NCBI GenBank assembly: GCA_026417615.1
Contig: JAOACY010000120.1
Coordinates: forward strand, 24,709-88,708
DNA from: Clostridia bacterium
GTDB taxonomy: Bacteria; Bacillota; Clostridia; Acetivibrionales; JAFADI01
Direction of reading: 5' to 3'
Length of the DNA: 64,000 nt
Each line of letters begins with the position of its first letter. The first letter of the stretch is position 1. The position numbers and the translations under genes are program-made. Shown here one piece after another: positions 47,292 through 57,399 of this stretch. The notes below the pieces were generated by a model. It was given only the letters and a program-made list of their open reading frames with translations. It had not been told where the DNA came from and did no database searches.

Positions 47292-48314
47292 ATGATAGAA
47301 TTTCCAGCTTTGGGAGGTCTTAAGTTTAATATCAATCCAGTAGCTTTGCATTTCGGCAATTTCAACGTTTACTGGTATGGAATAATTATTGCCTTTGGCT
47401 TCATGCTTGCAGTAGTGCTGGCCATGAGGCAAAGCAAGAATTACGGCATTAATTCCGAGGATATTATTGACCTGGTTCTTTTTGCGGCGCCGGTGGCAAT
47501 TATTTTCGCGAGACTGTATTATGTCATGTTTTCATGGGATAATTACAAGAATGATTTATCGGAAATCTATAAGATATGGAATGGTGGCATAGCCATATAC
47601 GGAGCGATTATCGGAGCTGTTCTGACGGCTTATATTTTTGCCAGGTACAAGAAAATTGAAGTATTGAAGCTGTTTGATTTTTGCGTTCCATACCTGGTGC
47701 TTGCTCAGGCTATCGGACGCTGGGGCAATTTTGTAAACCAGGAGGCATTTGGAACAAATACAACTCTTCCATGGGGAATGACCGGCGAACGAATCCGTTC
47801 TGAGCTTGAAATACTTAAAATGAGAGGAATGGATGTGGATCCTGCGCTGCCTGTTCACCCTGCATTCTTATACGAGTCATTATGGAATCTGGCTGCCTTC
47901 TTTATTCTCATAGCGTTCAGAAAGAAAAAGAAGCTGGAAGGAGAAGTGTTTTTCCTCTATATGATAATATATGGCTTAGGCAGATTCTGGATTGAAGGCT
48001 TGAGAACCGACAGCCTTATGCTGGGAAGTCTCAGGATATCTCAAGTGCTGGCTATGGTATTTGCTGCAGCCTTCAGCATTGCATTCTTCGTAAGACGCAG
48101 GAAAATCAAAGCATTGGCTGAAGAAACCGTTGCGGGAAAGAGCGTGTATGGCGATATCCTTAAAGAATTAAATGATGAAAAAACACTGGTTTCAAATGAC
48201 GAGGCTGTTCAAGGAAAAGAAGACGCGGAGGAATTTAGTCCTGAAGAGACGGTTGACGAAGAGAATTCGAGCGACATGCCGTTAACCGACAACAATATGG
48301 ATAAAGAAGCTTGA
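47292..48314 (+). CDS. lgt: Prolipoprotein diacylglyceryl transferase with an acidic C-terminal extension
   Basis: YWYGIII..GF, GRWGNFVNQEAFG and G.GRF.IEGLRTDSL motifs are present. A tail of about 70 aa rich in Glu/Asp follows the last TM segment. Confidence 0.92.
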   Translation: MIEFPALGGLKFNINPVALHFGNFNVYWYGIIIAFGFMLAVVLAMRQSKNYGINSEDIIDLVLFAAPVAIIFARLYYVMFSWDNYKNDLSEIYKIWNGGIAIYGAIIGAVLTAYIFARYKKIEVLKLFDFCVPYLVLAQAIGRWGNFVNQEAFGTNTTLPWGMTGERIRSELEILKMRGMDVDPALPVHPAFLYESLWNLAAFFILIAFRKKKKLEGEVFFLYMIIYGLGRFWIEGLRTDSLMLGSLRISQVLAMVFAAAFSIAFFVRRRKIKALAEETVAGKSVYGDILKELNDEKTLVSNDEAVQGKEDAEEFSPEETVDEENSSDMPLTDNNMDKEA

Positions 48315-48317
48315 AGC

Positions 48318-48506
48318 TTGGCATTCACAAAAGAAAAGGTGGCAAGAACCGTGCTGAAAAACGAGATTAAGCTGTTGCAGAGTGAACTCAATTCCTTATT
48401 GGAGAGAGAGGAAGAATACAAAAAGGTTTACGATCTTAGTGTAAGGCTGGACAAGCTGATTGTGGAGTATATAAGGATAGGTGACACACCCTCTGAGCGA
48501 AGGTGA
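48318..48506 (+). CDS. Spo0E-like small regulatory protein candidate
   Basis: It is a helical protein of about 51-62 aa. LSVRLDKLIVEYI resembles the Spo0E-family SQELDxLI motif. The start is uncertain: either TTG 48318, or GTG 48351 after an AAGGTGG RBS. Confidence 0.45.
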   Translation: MAFTKEKVARTVLKNEIKLLQSELNSLLEREEEYKKVYDLSVRLDKLIVEYIRIGDTPSERR

Positions 48507-48592
48507 AATAAAAATTAGGAGGGAATGCCCCCTTCCGAAAAGGATAGGGGATACGCGCTAAGTAAAGGGTAATTTCAAGCTATATGAAATAG

Positions 48593-49735
48593 GTGACCAA
48601 AATGTATTCGGTTGAGAAATCAAAAGGAATAAGCTTTACAAAAAAAATTGACTATATTCTTTTTATAGCTGTATTGGTTCTTTCCGCTATGGGTATAGTG
48701 ATTCTGGATAGCGCTACAAAGGCAATGGCATCCGGGAGCCGGATGATGACAATCCAGATTGTGAGTCTGGGTATTGGCCTTGTGCTTTCTCTTATAGTAA
48801 GCTCAATTGATTATAAGGATTTCAAGGTTTTAGGAGTGGTTCTGTATATTGTGAGCGTTGCCCTTCTTGTGCTCGTTCTTATTATCGGCACGGGAGACAA
48901 GGAATGGGGAAGCAAAAGCTGGATAAGGTTAGGCTCTATAGGGTTTCAGCCATCTGAACTTGCAAAGATAAGCTTCATAATGGTATCCTCTCTTTTTCTT
49001 GAAAAAATTTCGGAAGGAGAAAAGAACAAAAACATTTTAAAGCTGATAATATATGCTGTTATTCCTGTTCTGCTGGTTTTGAAGCAGCCTGATACCGGTA
49101 CGGCTATTGTATTCATATTTGCCTTCTGCGCAATGATTTTTGTTGCAGGAATACCTTATAAATATATTTGGATTACGGCTGCCACATTTCTTGCGTCACT
49201 TCCCCTGGCCTGGTTTTTTGTCTTAAAGGATTACCAGAAGTCCAGGATAATGGTATATTTAAACCCTGAGCTTGACAAAGCCAACAGGGGATACCAGGTG
49301 TACCAGTCTAAAATGGTAATTGGGTCAGGCCAGCTTTATGGAAAAGGACTTTATTCGGGTATTCAGACTCAAAATGGCAGTGTGCCCGTAAGGGAGTCGG
49401 ATTTTATTTTCACTGTCATTGGAGAAGAATTGGGCTTTATAGGTGCTGCGATTATTGTGGCGCTGGTGTTCTTCATACTTCTTCGGTGCATGTATGTTGC
49501 CCGAAATTCCAGGGATAAGTATGGCGCCTTTCTGGTTGTTGGAGTGACGAGCATGCTTGCTTTCCACTTCATTGAAAACATCGGCATGTGCATAGGTCTT
49601 TTGCCTGTCACGGGAATACCGCTTCCCTTTATAAGCTACGGAGGAAGCAGCATGATAACAAATTATATAGCCATTGGCATGATACTGAGCGTTTCCATGA
49701 GGCGAAAGCGTACAATATTCAACAGCTCGCAATAA
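48593..49735 (+). CDS. rodA: SEDS-family peptidoglycan polymerase, RodA type
   Basis: 380 aa with 10 TM segments. QPSELAK, KQPDTGTA, RESDFIF..IGEELGF and LP.TG.PLPF.SYGGSS motifs are present. The start may be ATG 48602. Confidence 0.88.
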   Translation: MTKMYSVEKSKGISFTKKIDYILFIAVLVLSAMGIVILDSATKAMASGSRMMTIQIVSLGIGLVLSLIVSSIDYKDFKVLGVVLYIVSVALLVLVLIIGTGDKEWGSKSWIRLGSIGFQPSELAKISFIMVSSLFLEKISEGEKNKNILKLIIYAVIPVLLVLKQPDTGTAIVFIFAFCAMIFVAGIPYKYIWITAATFLASLPLAWFFVLKDYQKSRIMVYLNPELDKANRGYQVYQSKMVIGSGQLYGKGLYSGIQTQNGSVPVRESDFIFTVIGEELGFIGAAIIVALVFFILLRCMYVARNSRDKYGAFLVVGVTSMLAFHFIENIGMCIGLLPVTGIPLPFISYGGSSMITNYIAIGMILSVSMRRKRTIFNSSQ

Positions 49736-49813
49736 TGTGACAAGAATTGTATTGCATACAGTGCTAAGCAAGAATGGCCGCAAAATCAGCGGTGTGCATC
49801 GGCAAATTGTTCC

Positions 49814-49850
49814 AGAAGATAGGACTTTGTTCCTATCTTCTATTTTTTTT
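49814..49850 (+). terminator. Rho-independent terminator after rodA
   Basis: AGAAGATAGGA (49814-49824) pairs with TCCTATCTTCT (49831-49841), followed by ATTTTTTTT. Confidence 0.85.
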
Positions 49851-49871
49851 CCAAAAATTTAAAAATACATC

Positions 49872-49934
49872 TTGATATTTATAGGGTTTTACAATAAAAT
49901 ATCATTAGAAGTGGAGGAAAGTGGTTCAAAGTGG
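49872..49934 (+). promoter_or_regulatory. dcw promoter (Pmra) with a triple MraZ-box array
   Basis: TTGATA (49872-49877), a 17-nt spacer, then TAAAAT (49895-49900). Three direct aAAGTGG repeats follow, with GTGG at 49911, 49921 and 49931, spaced exactly 10 bp apart. Confidence 0.6.
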
Positions 49935-49956
49935 TTTGAAATGTTAAAATTGTGAG

Positions 49957-50397
49957 GTGGAATGGTTGTTCTATGGCGAATACCAGCATTCAGTGGATCC
50001 CAAGGGCAGAGTTATAGTGCCTGCCAGGTTCAGGGAAGGTCTTGGCGAAAAGTTTATTGTTACCAAGGGCCTTGATAACTGTTTGTTTGCGTATTCAATG
50101 TCGGAATGGTCAAACCTGGAAGCAAAGCTGAAAACCCTTCCTCTGGCCAATAAAGATGCCAGGGCTTTTATAAGATTCTTTTTTGCAGGAGCTTCCGAAT
50201 GTGAAGTGGACAAGCAGGGAAGAATACTTATACCTCAGAACCTGAGGGAATATGCTGCCCTGGATAAGGATGTATACATAATCGGAGTATCCACAAGGGT
50301 TGAAATCTGGGACAGGGAAAAATGGGAAAGCTACAGCGGCGATGATAATGTCAGTGCTGACAGCATAGCTGAAAAAATGGCGGAACTAGGCATTTAA
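49957..50397 (+). CDS. mraZ: Transcriptional regulator MraZ
   Basis: [21 protein letters not shown] and a second [16 protein letters not shown] repeat are present. The true start may be TTG 49966, giving MFYGEYQH. Confidence 0.93.
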   Translation: MEWLFYGEYQHSVDPKGRVIVPARFREGLGEKFIVTKGLDNCLFAYSMSEWSNLEAKLKTLPLANKDARAFIRFFFAGASECEVDKQGRILIPQNLREYAALDKDVYIIGVSTRVEIWDREKWESYSGDDNVSADSIAEKMAELGI

Positions 50398-50508
50398 AAA
50401 CAAAAGATAAAATAGCAATGGGAAATACATGATAAGAATTATAACACAAAGGATGAAAAATCTTAGATACAAAAGATGAAATTAGAACAAAAAGAAGAAA
50501 GGCAAGAA

Positions 50509-51459
50509 ATGAAATTTGAGCATAAGCCGGTATTGCTGCAAGAGTGCATTGAAAATCTGAAAATCAAACCTGATGGAATTTATGTGGATGGGACCATGGG
50601 TGGGGCAGGGCACTCTAAAGAGATATACAGAAGGCTTGGGCAAAATGGAATGCTGCTGGGAATTGATCAGGACGCTTATGCGCTTCAGGTGGCAGGTCAG
50701 CGTGTTAAAGAGTCCGGAGGCCAAGCCCGACTTGAATTGGAAAACAGCAACTTTAAATTTATTAAAAGCATATGCGGTAAACACAATATCGAAGCGGTGG
50801 ACGGAATACTTCTCGATCTGGGAGTTTCATCCCACCAGCTTGACGAGGCTGAGAGAGGATTCAGTTACCAGCACGACGCACCGCTTGACATGAGAATGGA
50901 CAGAAGACAGGAGCTGGATGCCGGGATAATTGTAAATAAATTCTCCCGGGACGAACTCAGAGACATCATTAGGGATTACGGTGAGGAAAAATGGGCTGCA
51001 AGGATAGCGGAGTTTATTGAGAAAGCCAGAGCAAAAGGCAGAATTGAAACTACCTGGCAGCTGGTGGATATAATAAAGGCTGCCATACCAAGCTCGGCAA
51101 GAAGAGAAGGCCCTCATCCCGCAAAAAGAACTTTTCAGGCATTAAGGATAGCGGTAAACGATGAACTGGGCATTCTGAAAAAAACAATACATGACGGATT
51201 TGAAATATTAAAGCCAGGCGGAAGGTTTTGCATCATAACCTTCCACTCGCTGGAGGACAGGATAGTTAAAAACGAGTTCCTGAGCATAGCAAGGCCCTGC
51301 AGCTGTCCTTCTGAATTTCCGGTTTGTGTGTGCGGGAAAAAACCTGAAGCTGAAATCATTACAAGAAAGCCCATAACAGCATCGGATGGAGAAATGGAAG
51401 AGAATCCGAGGGCAAGAAGCGCAAAACTAAGGGTAATTGAAAAAATAAGCTTAATATAG
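50509..51459 (+). CDS. rsmH: 16S rRNA (cytosine1402-N4)-methyltransferase
   Basis: HKPVLL.E....L...[24 protein letters not shown]...RGFS and FHSLEDR.VK motifs are present. The track ORF begins 33 nt further upstream. Confidence 0.93.
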   Translation: MKFEHKPVLLQECIENLKIKPDGIYVDGTMGGAGHSKEIYRRLGQNGMLLGIDQDAYALQVAGQRVKESGGQARLELENSNFKFIKSICGKHNIEAVDGILLDLGVSSHQLDEAERGFSYQHDAPLDMRMDRRQELDAGIIVNKFSRDELRDIIRDYGEEKWAARIAEFIEKARAKGRIETTWQLVDIIKAAIPSSARREGPHPAKRTFQALRIAVNDELGILKKTIHDGFEILKPGGRFCIITFHSLEDRIVKNEFLSIARPCSCPSEFPVCVCGKKPEAEIITRKPITASDGEMEENPRARSAKLRVIEKISLI

Positions 51460-51680
51460 AGCTTAAAATACTAAAGACAGAGCCTGTAAGAAAACTAAAG
51501 ACAAGAACAGATAATACAAAAGATAAAATTTATAAAAACATAAGAGAAATACCAAGAAAGAAACAAAAGAAAAAGATTAAGACAAAAGAAACGAAAGAAA
51601 AGCAAAAGGGTACTGAGCTTACATCCGGGGACTGGAAAAACCGGTCTCCGGATAATTACTTCTTTTAGGGGTGTATACAA

Positions 51681-52172
51681 ATGATACAAACGGGAAAATA
51701 TGTTCACGGCACTGCGGCAGAAAAGCTTGAATATGACGTATATAGCGAAAATAAGGTCCTTAAGGCCAAAAAGCTCCAAAGATCAAATAATAAGGCAAAG
51801 TTCAAGCTTATATGTGCGATATTGATGATGTTTTCCGTTTGCTTTTTTGTGATGTACAGGTATGCTGTGATTACCGAGCTTAATTACAAGATATACCAGA
51901 TGAATAAGCAATACAATGAAGTCAGAAATGAGAATTCCAGCTTGAGAGTTCAAATAGAAAAGGAATGCGATTTAAACAGCATAAGGGAAATTGCCGTAAA
52001 GAAGCTTGGAATGCAGATGCCAGACAAATACCAAATTGCATATGTGAAGGTTCCCAAGCATAATTACACTAAGGTTGCGCAGGACTATAGAGCCGGAGAT
52101 GCAAAAGTGCCCGATAATATGATTGCAGTTCTGATGGACAAAGTAAGCCGGATTGCAAGATTCGTGTACTAG
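51681..52172 (+). CDS. ftsL: Cell division protein FtsL-like (single-pass, coiled coil)
   Basis: It is a bitopic protein with the TM segment FKLICAILMMFSVCFFVMY, followed by a coiled coil and LNSIREIAVKKLGM. It sits in the conserved position after rsmH. Confidence 0.8.
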   Translation: MIQTGKYVHGTAAEKLEYDVYSENKVLKAKKLQRSNNKAKFKLICAILMMFSVCFFVMYRYAVITELNYKIYQMNKQYNEVRNENSSLRVQIEKECDLNSIREIAVKKLGMQMPDKYQIAYVKVPKHNYTKVAQDYRAGDAKVPDNMIAVLMDKVSRIARFVY

Positions 52173-52296
52173 ATATATAAGAAAATTATATATTAGTAAT
52201 ATATTGTGTAAATGATGTATAATTATAAAGTATAAAGATTAAGGGACACACCGATAAGGTAATGTCCCTTTGTTAAGGTAGGGGGATTCACAGCTT

Positions 52297-54477
52297 ATGG
52301 CAGGACCGGGGCTGTCTGTTAAAAGAAGGTTATTGGCTTCTCTCATAATATTTTCTTTGTTGGTTGTTGCTCTTGTAGGAAGGGTAGCATGGATTCAGAT
52401 AATTAAAGGCGATGAGTTCCAAAAAATGGCCTTTCAGATGCATGCTTCAGGAAGGATTATCCCTCCTGCGAGAGGAACGATCACTGACAGGAATGGAAAA
52501 GAGCTTGCAATAAGCGCATCGGTATGGACTATTTCAGTCAACCCGTCAGAAATAAGAAAATCCAAAAAAGACCCTGCCGTCATAGCCGATAAGCTGTCCG
52601 AAGCTTTGGGCATGGATCGTGAGAAGGTCTTTGGAAAGGTTACCAAAAACAGCAGGTATGAGATTGTGCAGAGAAAGGTTGACAAGGAAATTGGCGACGA
52701 TATAAGAAAATGGATGCAGGATAATGATATAAAAGGTGTCTATGTTGATGAGGATCAGAAACGCTTCTACCCTAACAGAAACCTTGCGGCACATGTTATA
52801 GGCTTTACCGGCGCAGACAATCAGGGCTTGGACGGTATAGAGGCTATGATGGAGCAGTACCTCAAGGGCGTGCCGGGGAAAATACTCAGTGAGGTTGATG
52901 CAAGGGGGCGTGGCATACCTTTTAAGGAAGAGAAGCATATAAACGCTGAAAACGGACTTAATGTGGTGCTGACAATAGATGAAACAATTCAGTATTTTGC
53001 GGAAAAGGCACTGGAAAAGGCTATTGATGATTATAAAATATTAAACGGCGCAGCTGCTATTGTATTGGATCCAAGAAACGGTGAAATACTTGCGCTGGCA
53101 TCAAAACCGGATTTTGATCTGAACAATCCCACCGCTCCTCCCCCGGGTTTTGACCCAAAGAGCTGGAAAGGCAACACCGCGGAAGATATTAAGACGCTTC
53201 AGGAAACTGTCTGGAGAAACAAGACGGTAGTTGACACATATGAGCCCGGTTCCACCTTCAAGGCATTTACTGCGGCGGCCGGACTGGAAGAAAATGTTAT
53301 AAGGCCCGACAGCATTGTAACCGATGCTACCGTAACAGTAGGCGGATGGCAAATAAACTGCTGGAAGCCAAACGCACATTTGAGGGAAACCTTTACAGAG
53401 GGGGTATACAACTCCTGCAACCCCGTTTTTGTAAGAGTGGCACAAAGCCTTGGAATAGACAGATTCTATAAATATTTCAAGGCCTTCGGATTTATGCATA
53501 AAACTAATATTGATTTGCCCGGAGAAGCAAAGAGCATATTCCACAAAAAGCCTACAGAGGTTGATATGGCAACCGCTTCCTTCGGACAGCGCTTTCAGAT
53601 AACTCCCATCCAGCTGATAACAGCCTATGGAGCTATCGCAAATGGCGGAAAGCTTATGAAGCCTCAGATTGTAAAAGAGATTACCGATTCAGAGGGAAAT
53701 ATAGTAAAAAGGTTTGAGCCTGAGACAATAAGAAATGTCATATCCAGAAAAACGTCAGATGAGCTTAAAGAAATTCTCGAGGGAGTCGTATCGAAGGGCA
53801 CTGGGAAAAACGCATACGTCAAGGGCTACAGGGTTGCAGGGAAAACAGGAACTTCTGAAACCACTGAAACAAAAACTAAAGGCAGGTATATTGCCTCCTT
53901 TTCAGCCTTTGCTCCGGCAGACAACCCGGTTGTCAATGTTCTGGTCATCCTGGACCATCCCAATGTTTATCCTCACACAGGAGGAATGATAGCTGCTCCT
54001 GTAGCGGGGAGACTTATTGAAGATACATTGAACTATCTTGGAGTTGAAAGAAGATATACCGAAGAGGATAAAAAAATGATGGCACAGGAAGTATTTGTCC
54101 CCGAGGTTAGAAATAAAACTGTTGAGGAAGCAAAGAAAACTCTTGCGGAATATGGATTAGGATTTAAAATAGAAAGTAATGGGAATAATAACGGAGTAGT
54201 TGTGGATCAGATGCCCAAGCCTAATGCAAGCATTCCTCAAAAATCCGTTGTGGTTCTCTATACTTATAAACCAGACAAACAGGTAATGGTCAAGGTTCCG
54301 GATCTATCCAACAAGACCGTTTATGAGGCTGCCCAGGCTCTGGCCGATGTCGGGCTGAATATTAAGGTGAACGGAATGGGAACTGCATATGAACAAAGCC
54401 ATGAAGCCGGGACTGATGTTCCGAAGGGTGAGGTCATAACCGTAGACTTCCGGCACTTCGTTCAGGATCAGGAGTAA
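52297..54477 (+). CDS. Class B penicillin-binding protein (FtsI/PBP2B/SpoVD type) with two C-terminal PASTA domains
   Basis: The transpeptidase motifs STFK (GSTFKAF), SCN and KTGT are present. Two PASTA repeats lie at the C-terminus (VPEVRNKTVEEAKKTL... and VPDLSNKTVYEAAQAL...). Confidence 0.92.
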   Translation: MAGPGLSVKRRLLASLIIFSLLVVALVGRVAWIQIIKGDEFQKMAFQMHASGRIIPPARGTITDRNGKELAISASVWTISVNPSEIRKSKKDPAVIADKLSEALGMDREKVFGKVTKNSRYEIVQRKVDKEIGDDIRKWMQDNDIKGVYVDEDQKRFYPNRNLAAHVIGFTGADNQGLDGIEAMMEQYLKGVPGKILSEVDARGRGIPFKEEKHINAENGLNVVLTIDETIQYFAEKALEKAIDDYKILNGAAAIVLDPRNGEILALASKPDFDLNNPTAPPPGFDPKSWKGNTAEDIKTLQETVWRNKTVVDTYEPGSTFKAFTAAAGLEENVIRPDSIVTDATVTVGGWQINCWKPNAHLRETFTEGVYNSCNPVFVRVAQSLGIDRFYKYFKAFGFMHKTNIDLPGEAKSIFHKKPTEVDMATASFGQRFQITPIQLITAYGAIANGGKLMKPQIVKEITDSEGNIVKRFEPETIRNVISRKTSDELKEILEGVVSKGTGKNAYVKGYRVAGKTGTSETTETKTKGRYIASFSAFAPADNPVVNVLVILDHPNVYPHTGGMIAAPVAGRLIEDTLNYLGVERRYTEEDKKMMAQEVFVPEVRNKTVEEAKKTLAEYGLGFKIESNGNNNGVVVDQMPKPNASIPQKSVVVLYTYKPDKQVMVKVPDLSNKTVYEAAQALADVGLNIKVNGMGTAYEQSHEAGTDVPKGEVITVDFRHFVQDQE

Positions 54478-54494
54478 AATAATGGAGGGTTAAT

Positions 54495-55958
54495 ATGCTG
54501 CTGAAAGAATTAATTAATGGATTGAGTTTTGTAAAAACCCGGGGAAGCCTGGATGTTGAGATTGAAGGCATAGCGTATGACTCGCGCAATGTCAGACAGG
54601 GCTTTATATTTGTTTGTATTGAAGGGTTCAGTACAGACGGGCATGAGTATATACCCATGGCAATTGAAAACGGGGCAAAAGCATTGCTTGTGCAGAAAGA
54701 TATTGAAGCGCCGGATGGAATTACTGTTATAAAAGTTAATAACACAAGATATGCAATAGCTTATATATCCGATATTTTCTTCGGGCATCCGTCGAGGAAG
54801 CTGGCTTTAACGGGTGTAACTGGTACAAAGGGCAAGACTACAACCACCTTCATGATAAAATCAATTCTGGAGGCTGCCAATCAGAAAGTCGGTTTGATTG
54901 GCACTCTTGGAACGCGCATAGGAGATTTGGCTCTTGCCAGTGAAAGAACAACGCCTGAAGCCTATGATTTACAGTCGGTATTTGCCCAGATGGCAGAAAA
55001 AGATGTAAAAAGCGTAGTTATGGAGGTATCCTCACAGGGTCTGGAGCTGCACAGGGTGAGTTGCGTTGATTTTGATACAGGCATATTTACAAATCTATCC
55101 CAGGATCACATATCACCCAGGGAGCACAGCTCAATGGAAGAGTACTTCAACGCAAAGCTGAAGCTCTTTAAAATGTGCAGGACTGGGATAATCAACAAGG
55201 ATCACCCATACGGACGGGAGGTCATCAAAAAGGCAAGCTGCAAAATATATACTTATGGTATAGAGCAGGATGCCGATATAAAGGCAGATAATATTGTTTT
55301 AAAGCAGGACAGTGTGGAATTTGATGTTAACACTCCCTGGGGAGTCAGCAGGATAAGTGTTGGTGTTCCCGGAAAATTCAGTATTTACAATGCTCTTGCC
55401 GCAATAGGTGCTGCGGGGGTAATGGGAGTGCCATTGGCAGCTGCTGCAGAGGGGCTGAAAAAAATCAGTGTGCCCGGCAGAGCTGAAGTCATATACTCTG
55501 ATGAAAGAATTACTGTTATAACTGATTATGCCCATACGCCCGACAGTCTTGAAAATATCCTTACAACATTCAAAAACAGCAGTGAGGGCAGGGTTGTATG
55601 TGTGTTCGGATGCGGAGGAGACAGGGACAGAAATAAAAGGCCCCTTATGGGTGAGGTTTCAGGCAGAATTGCCGATTTCACCATAATAACCTCGGATAAT
55701 CCCAGGACTGAGGAGCCTATGGCTATTATCAAAGATATCGAAGAGGGCATAAAGAAGCTGAAAGCGGAATATTTAACTATTGAGGACCGCCGGCAGGCAA
55801 TAAAATACTCCATAGAAAACGCACAGCCCAAGGATGTAATTATTCTTGCGGGCAAGGGACATGAAACGTATCAGATTTTTAAAGATAAAACCGTACACTT
55901 TGATGAACGTGAAGTAGTCCGGGAAATAATCCGTGAATTGGAGGACAAAGGATGCTGA
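54495..55958 (+). CDS. murE: UDP-N-acetylmuramoyl-L-alanyl-D-glutamate--2,6-diaminopimelate ligase
   Basis: GVTGTKGKTTT is present. The DNPR motif (TSDNPRTEEP) indicates specificity for meso-DAP. Confidence 0.93.
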   Translation: MLLKELINGLSFVKTRGSLDVEIEGIAYDSRNVRQGFIFVCIEGFSTDGHEYIPMAIENGAKALLVQKDIEAPDGITVIKVNNTRYAIAYISDIFFGHPSRKLALTGVTGTKGKTTTTFMIKSILEAANQKVGLIGTLGTRIGDLALASERTTPEAYDLQSVFAQMAEKDVKSVVMEVSSQGLELHRVSCVDFDTGIFTNLSQDHISPREHSSMEEYFNAKLKLFKMCRTGIINKDHPYGREVIKKASCKIYTYGIEQDADIKADNIVLKQDSVEFDVNTPWGVSRISVGVPGKFSIYNALAAIGAAGVMGVPLAAAAEGLKKISVPGRAEVIYSDERITVITDYAHTPDSLENILTTFKNSSEGRVVCVFGCGGDRDRNKRPLMGEVSGRIADFTIITSDNPRTEEPMAIIKDIEEGIKKLKAEYLTIEDRRQAIKYSIENAQPKDVIILAGKGHETYQIFKDKTVHFDEREVVREIIRELEDKGC

Positions 55959-57334
55959 AGCTGACTTGCAAGGATATTCTTGAGGCTACGGGAGGAAGCC
56001 TGCTATTCGGAAGCCTCGAAACGGAAATACTGAGGATATCAACTGATTCAAGGAAAATTGAACATGGGGATCTTTTCATTCCCATAGCAGGAGAACGCTT
56101 TGACGGGCACGACTTTGTGCAAAGCTCCCTTGAAGCCGGGGCGTCAGCGGTAATTTCCCATAAAGCTCTCCAGTATGCGGAGGGCAAAACTGCCATAAAG
56201 GTTGGAGACACCAGAAAGGCTTTGGCGGATATTGCAAGGTTTTACAGAATGAAATTTGACATACCCTTTGTAGCCATCACCGGAAGTGTCGGTAAAACAA
56301 GCACAAAGGATATGGTTTATTGTGTTATGCAGGAGCGGTTTAATACACTAAAGACCGAGGGGAACTTCAACAATGAAATCGGATTGCCCCTGACAATGTT
56401 CAACCTTGATCCAAGCCATGATGCCGGAGTTCTTGAACTGGGCATGAGCGGATTTGGAGAAATCAGCCGTCTTGTATCCGTTGTAAGGCCTGATATAGCA
56501 ATAATAACAAATATTGGCATGGCTCACATTGAAAAGCTTGGCTCCAGGCAAAATATCCTAAAGGCAAAAATGGAGATCCTTGAAGGACTGAAAGAAGGGG
56601 GCCTGTTGATTCTAAATGGCGACGATCCGCTTTTGCACGGTCTGAAGGACTTCTTAAAGGTGAGGACGGTTTTTTACGGCATGGATGAAGGCCATGACTA
56701 CCAGGCCTACAATATCGAATCTCACGGGGAAAGCGGCACAAAATTTGAAATTAATATTAGTCAAAGAGAGTATAAGGTTCATGTACCTGTTCCGGGAATA
56801 CATAATGTTTATAATGCTCTGGCTGCCATTGCGGCGGGTATCGAGCTGAAAATACCCATGGAGCTTGTGGTGAACGGAATTTCCAAGTTCACCTCCGGAA
56901 AAATGAGGCTGAATATTATTAATCATAACGGCTTCAAGATTATTAACGATGCATATAACGCTAGTCCCCAGTCAATGGAGGCGGCACTTGGAGTGCTTAG
57001 CGACGTGGCTTCCGGCGGAAGGACTGTTGCTGTGCTTGGGGATATGCTGGAATTGGGTGACTGGTCACTGAAAGCCCATAAGGATTTGGGGAAATTTGCA
57101 ATTTCTCAAGGAATAAAATATATTATAACAGTAGGTGAAAATGCAAGAGGTATAGCAGAGGGGGCAATGACTGCCGGAGCTGAAGAACACCGGGTGTTTT
57201 CCTTCGAGGAAACCGGTAAGGCTGCAGAGTTTCTGGGTAAGTTCGTAAAGCAGGGGGACACTGTCCTTGTTAAGGGCTCCAGAGGCATGAAAATGGAGCA
57301 GATTGTCGATAAATTGATTCAGACTGAGAAATAA
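55952..57334 (+). CDS. murF: UDP-N-acetylmuramoyl-tripeptide--D-alanyl-D-alanine ligase
   Basis: ITGSVGKTSTKD, NFNNEIGLPLT, DAYNASP.SM and VLVKGSRGM motifs are present. Confidence 0.93.
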   Translation: MLKLTCKDILEATGGSLLFGSLETEILRISTDSRKIEHGDLFIPIAGERFDGHDFVQSSLEAGASAVISHKALQYAEGKTAIKVGDTRKALADIARFYRMKFDIPFVAITGSVGKTSTKDMVYCVMQERFNTLKTEGNFNNEIGLPLTMFNLDPSHDAGVLELGMSGFGEISRLVSVVRPDIAIITNIGMAHIEKLGSRQNILKAKMEILEGLKEGGLLILNGDDPLLHGLKDFLKVRTVFYGMDEGHDYQAYNIESHGESGTKFEINISQREYKVHVPVPGIHNVYNALAAIAAGIELKIPMELVVNGISKFTSGKMRLNIINHNGFKIINDAYNASPQSMEAALGVLSDVASGGRTVAVLGDMLELGDWSLKAHKDLGKFAISQGIKYIITVGENARGIAEGAMTAGAEEHRVFSFEETGKAAEFLGKFVKQGDTVLVKGSRGMKMEQIVDKLIQTEK

Positions 57335-57399
57335 CCTCCTAAATATACATAACCAGCGGCTCGGCTGGTGTGTCCCAATACAGAGAAAGGAGAAAAGCC

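Noticed and set aside
51495-51779. 94-aa minus-strand ORF in the rsmH-ftsL spacer.
   Set aside because: It is the T-rich complement of an A-rich spacer and gives a Phe/Leu/Ile/Cys-rich translation with no RBS. It also overlaps the ftsL start.
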